From positions 10,168,001 to 10,232,000 of the forward strand of contig JBHGNT010000013.1 of assembly GCA_043228905.1 (NCBI GenBank): 64,000 nt of DNA. The letters are read 5' to 3'. Position numbers and translations under genes: made by a program. Position 1 is the first letter of the stretch. Every line of letters starts with the position of its first letter. Of this stretch, positions 62,401-64,000 are shown one piece after another. This stretch comes from Azolla caroliniana (lineage: Eukaryota; Plantae; Polypodiophyta). The notes below the pieces were generated by a model. The model searched no databases and was not told where the DNA came from. It was given only the letters and a program-made list of their open reading frames with translations.

Positions 62401-63850
62401 AGGAGCCCCCAAACAATCAAATTCAATCATAGACAAGATCTGTCTCAGACAAAGGAAAGGCCATAATGCCCAAGTATGAGAACAACCACTCCAAGAGAGT
62501 GATGCAAATGAACTGGCACAAACAATTGACAACAAATTCGGTGTTCCTATCATGGGGAACCTAGAGTAAAGAAAGTTATCATACCGGCAAATGAAAAACT
62601 TCATCACTCTACCCGATAAAAGACCCCAATGAACTCATTCGGCTACAACGACTTTATGGCATATCATTATGCCTTTATGATGAAGGTGGCAACCGTTCGA
62701 GAGCCGGAAAGCTTTGCCGAAGCCACTCAAGATCCATGATGGGTTGAAGCAATGAACGAGGAAGTGCAAGCACTTAGCAAAAACAAAACTTGTCATCTTG
62801 TTCCTAACTCGCCTCACAAGAAAGCAACCGTCTATAGGTAGATATATAAGGTGAAGCATAATGCCAATGGCCCAGTCAACCACTACAAAACCTGTCTCAT
62901 AGCAAAAGGCTATGCACAAACCCACGACGTTGACAACGAAGAGACCTTTGCCCCGGTGGCAAAGATGATGACCATTTGGAGCGTAATTGCACTTGCAGCA
63001 ACGAAAGGATGGATGACAAGAACGCCTTTCTTCAAGGAGAGTTAGAAGAAGAGGTATATTCATACACATGCAATATGCTGACTCAAGAAGCCTCTCTATA
63101 GACTCAAACAAGCACTTAGAGCATGACACTCGAAGATAACACAATATCTTCATCGAATCAGCTTCAGAATGTCAAAATCTGACAACTCTCTCTACGTAAG
63201 AAGCGATTATGAAAGTATTATTTTCATCATCCTCTACGTAGAAGATCTGGTCATTGGCGGTGAAGAGCTAGTCGACATCAACAAGGTCAAATTTCTTCTA
63301 TCTAGGAAATTCGAAATGACGGACATGAAAGAACTTCATTACTTCCTAGGCATTGAAGTAATTTAGACTCCAAACGGCATCATGATCTCCCAACAACACT
63401 ACGTCCTAAATCTACTATTCATGTTTGGGATAACAACATGCAAGTCTGTAGCAACTCCCCTCAATCGGAATCTAAAAATAGATGTCGACTCTGGCACTAC
63501 ATAGTGTGAGTCGGTATGATATCGACAACTTGTTAGAACTCTGATCTACCTCACCATCACCTGATCCGGCCTCTGTTATCTAGTTGGCCTCATTAGCCAA
63601 TTCATGCAGACACCAGGCCATATTCATCTAGATTGTGCTAAGCAAGTGTTACAATATGTGAGTGATACGATGGACTACAAAATTCTCTATAAGTCAGACA
63701 CGCCAATTCGACTCGAAGGGTAGACAAATGCCAACTGGGCCGGCTACAAATCCGACCAATGATCGACTTCGGGGTTCGTAATTTCTATAGGAAGTGGGGC
63801 TATATCATGGAGCAGCAAGAAGCAGCCGACCGTCACATTATCGAGCATAG
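59440..63850 (+). mobile_element. Highly degenerate Ty1/copia element
   Basis: Partial LTR ending ...ttaca at 59713 and PBS TGGTATCAAAGC at 59714. Broken gag, PR (WFVNSNASKHM), INT, RT (LYVEDL, MKELHYFLGIEV) and RH start (SWSSKKQPTV). Confidence 0.85.
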
Positions 63851-64000
63851 TGTTGATAATTAGCTCCCTCCGGATGGGCTGAACCCCAAATGGAGGATAT
63901 TTCACCCCCGACCAAAAGTCCTTGTCATCATACACGCCTGGAGATCACAGTCTTGTAAAAATGGGAAATGAAGGAGCATGCCGAATCATCGGCATTTGAG

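Noticed and set aside
63851-64000. Start of another LTR (TGTTG) interrupting the last Copia
   Set aside because: Plausible, but only 150 bp is visible, with no partner LTR or TSD to confirm it.

Overview
Repeat-dense plant nuclear DNA. A fern or other seed-free land plant is my inference from the TE lineages present, not a proven identity. About 90% of the window is nested transposons around one intronless host gene, an ATL-type RING-H2 E3 ligase (40384-41589, minus strand). Main contents: (1) An apparently intact 12.6-kb Sola2-type DNA transposon (4641-17222) with 25-bp TIRs starting GGG and a 4-bp ATCA TSD. It encodes a two-exon ~862-aa DDD transposase and a convergent multi-exon accessory gene with a RING-H2-like finger and an FCP1/NIF-like HAD domain. 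Its large introns are arrays of the palindrome TAGCTAATTAGCTA. A truncated older relative sits head-to-head 19 bp away. (2) A young Athila-like (non-chromovirus Ty3/gypsy) element (18403-28118) with 376-bp LTRs, an AGGAC TSD and an extra 3' ORF. It has no polypurine tract. That position instead holds a sense-strand tRNA-Arg-like 3' end finishing in CCA, a feature repeated next to two unrelated LTRs in this window and suggesting tRNA-primed plus-strand synthesis. (3) Two degenerate Tcn1-like chromoviruses without a tRNA PBS, whose LTRs carry antisense tRNA-like A-box/B-box cassettes. (4) Several decayed Copia elements, two tRNA-Trp-primed LTR remnants and a LINE remnant. All family assignments come from motifs read by eye; no database searches were run.
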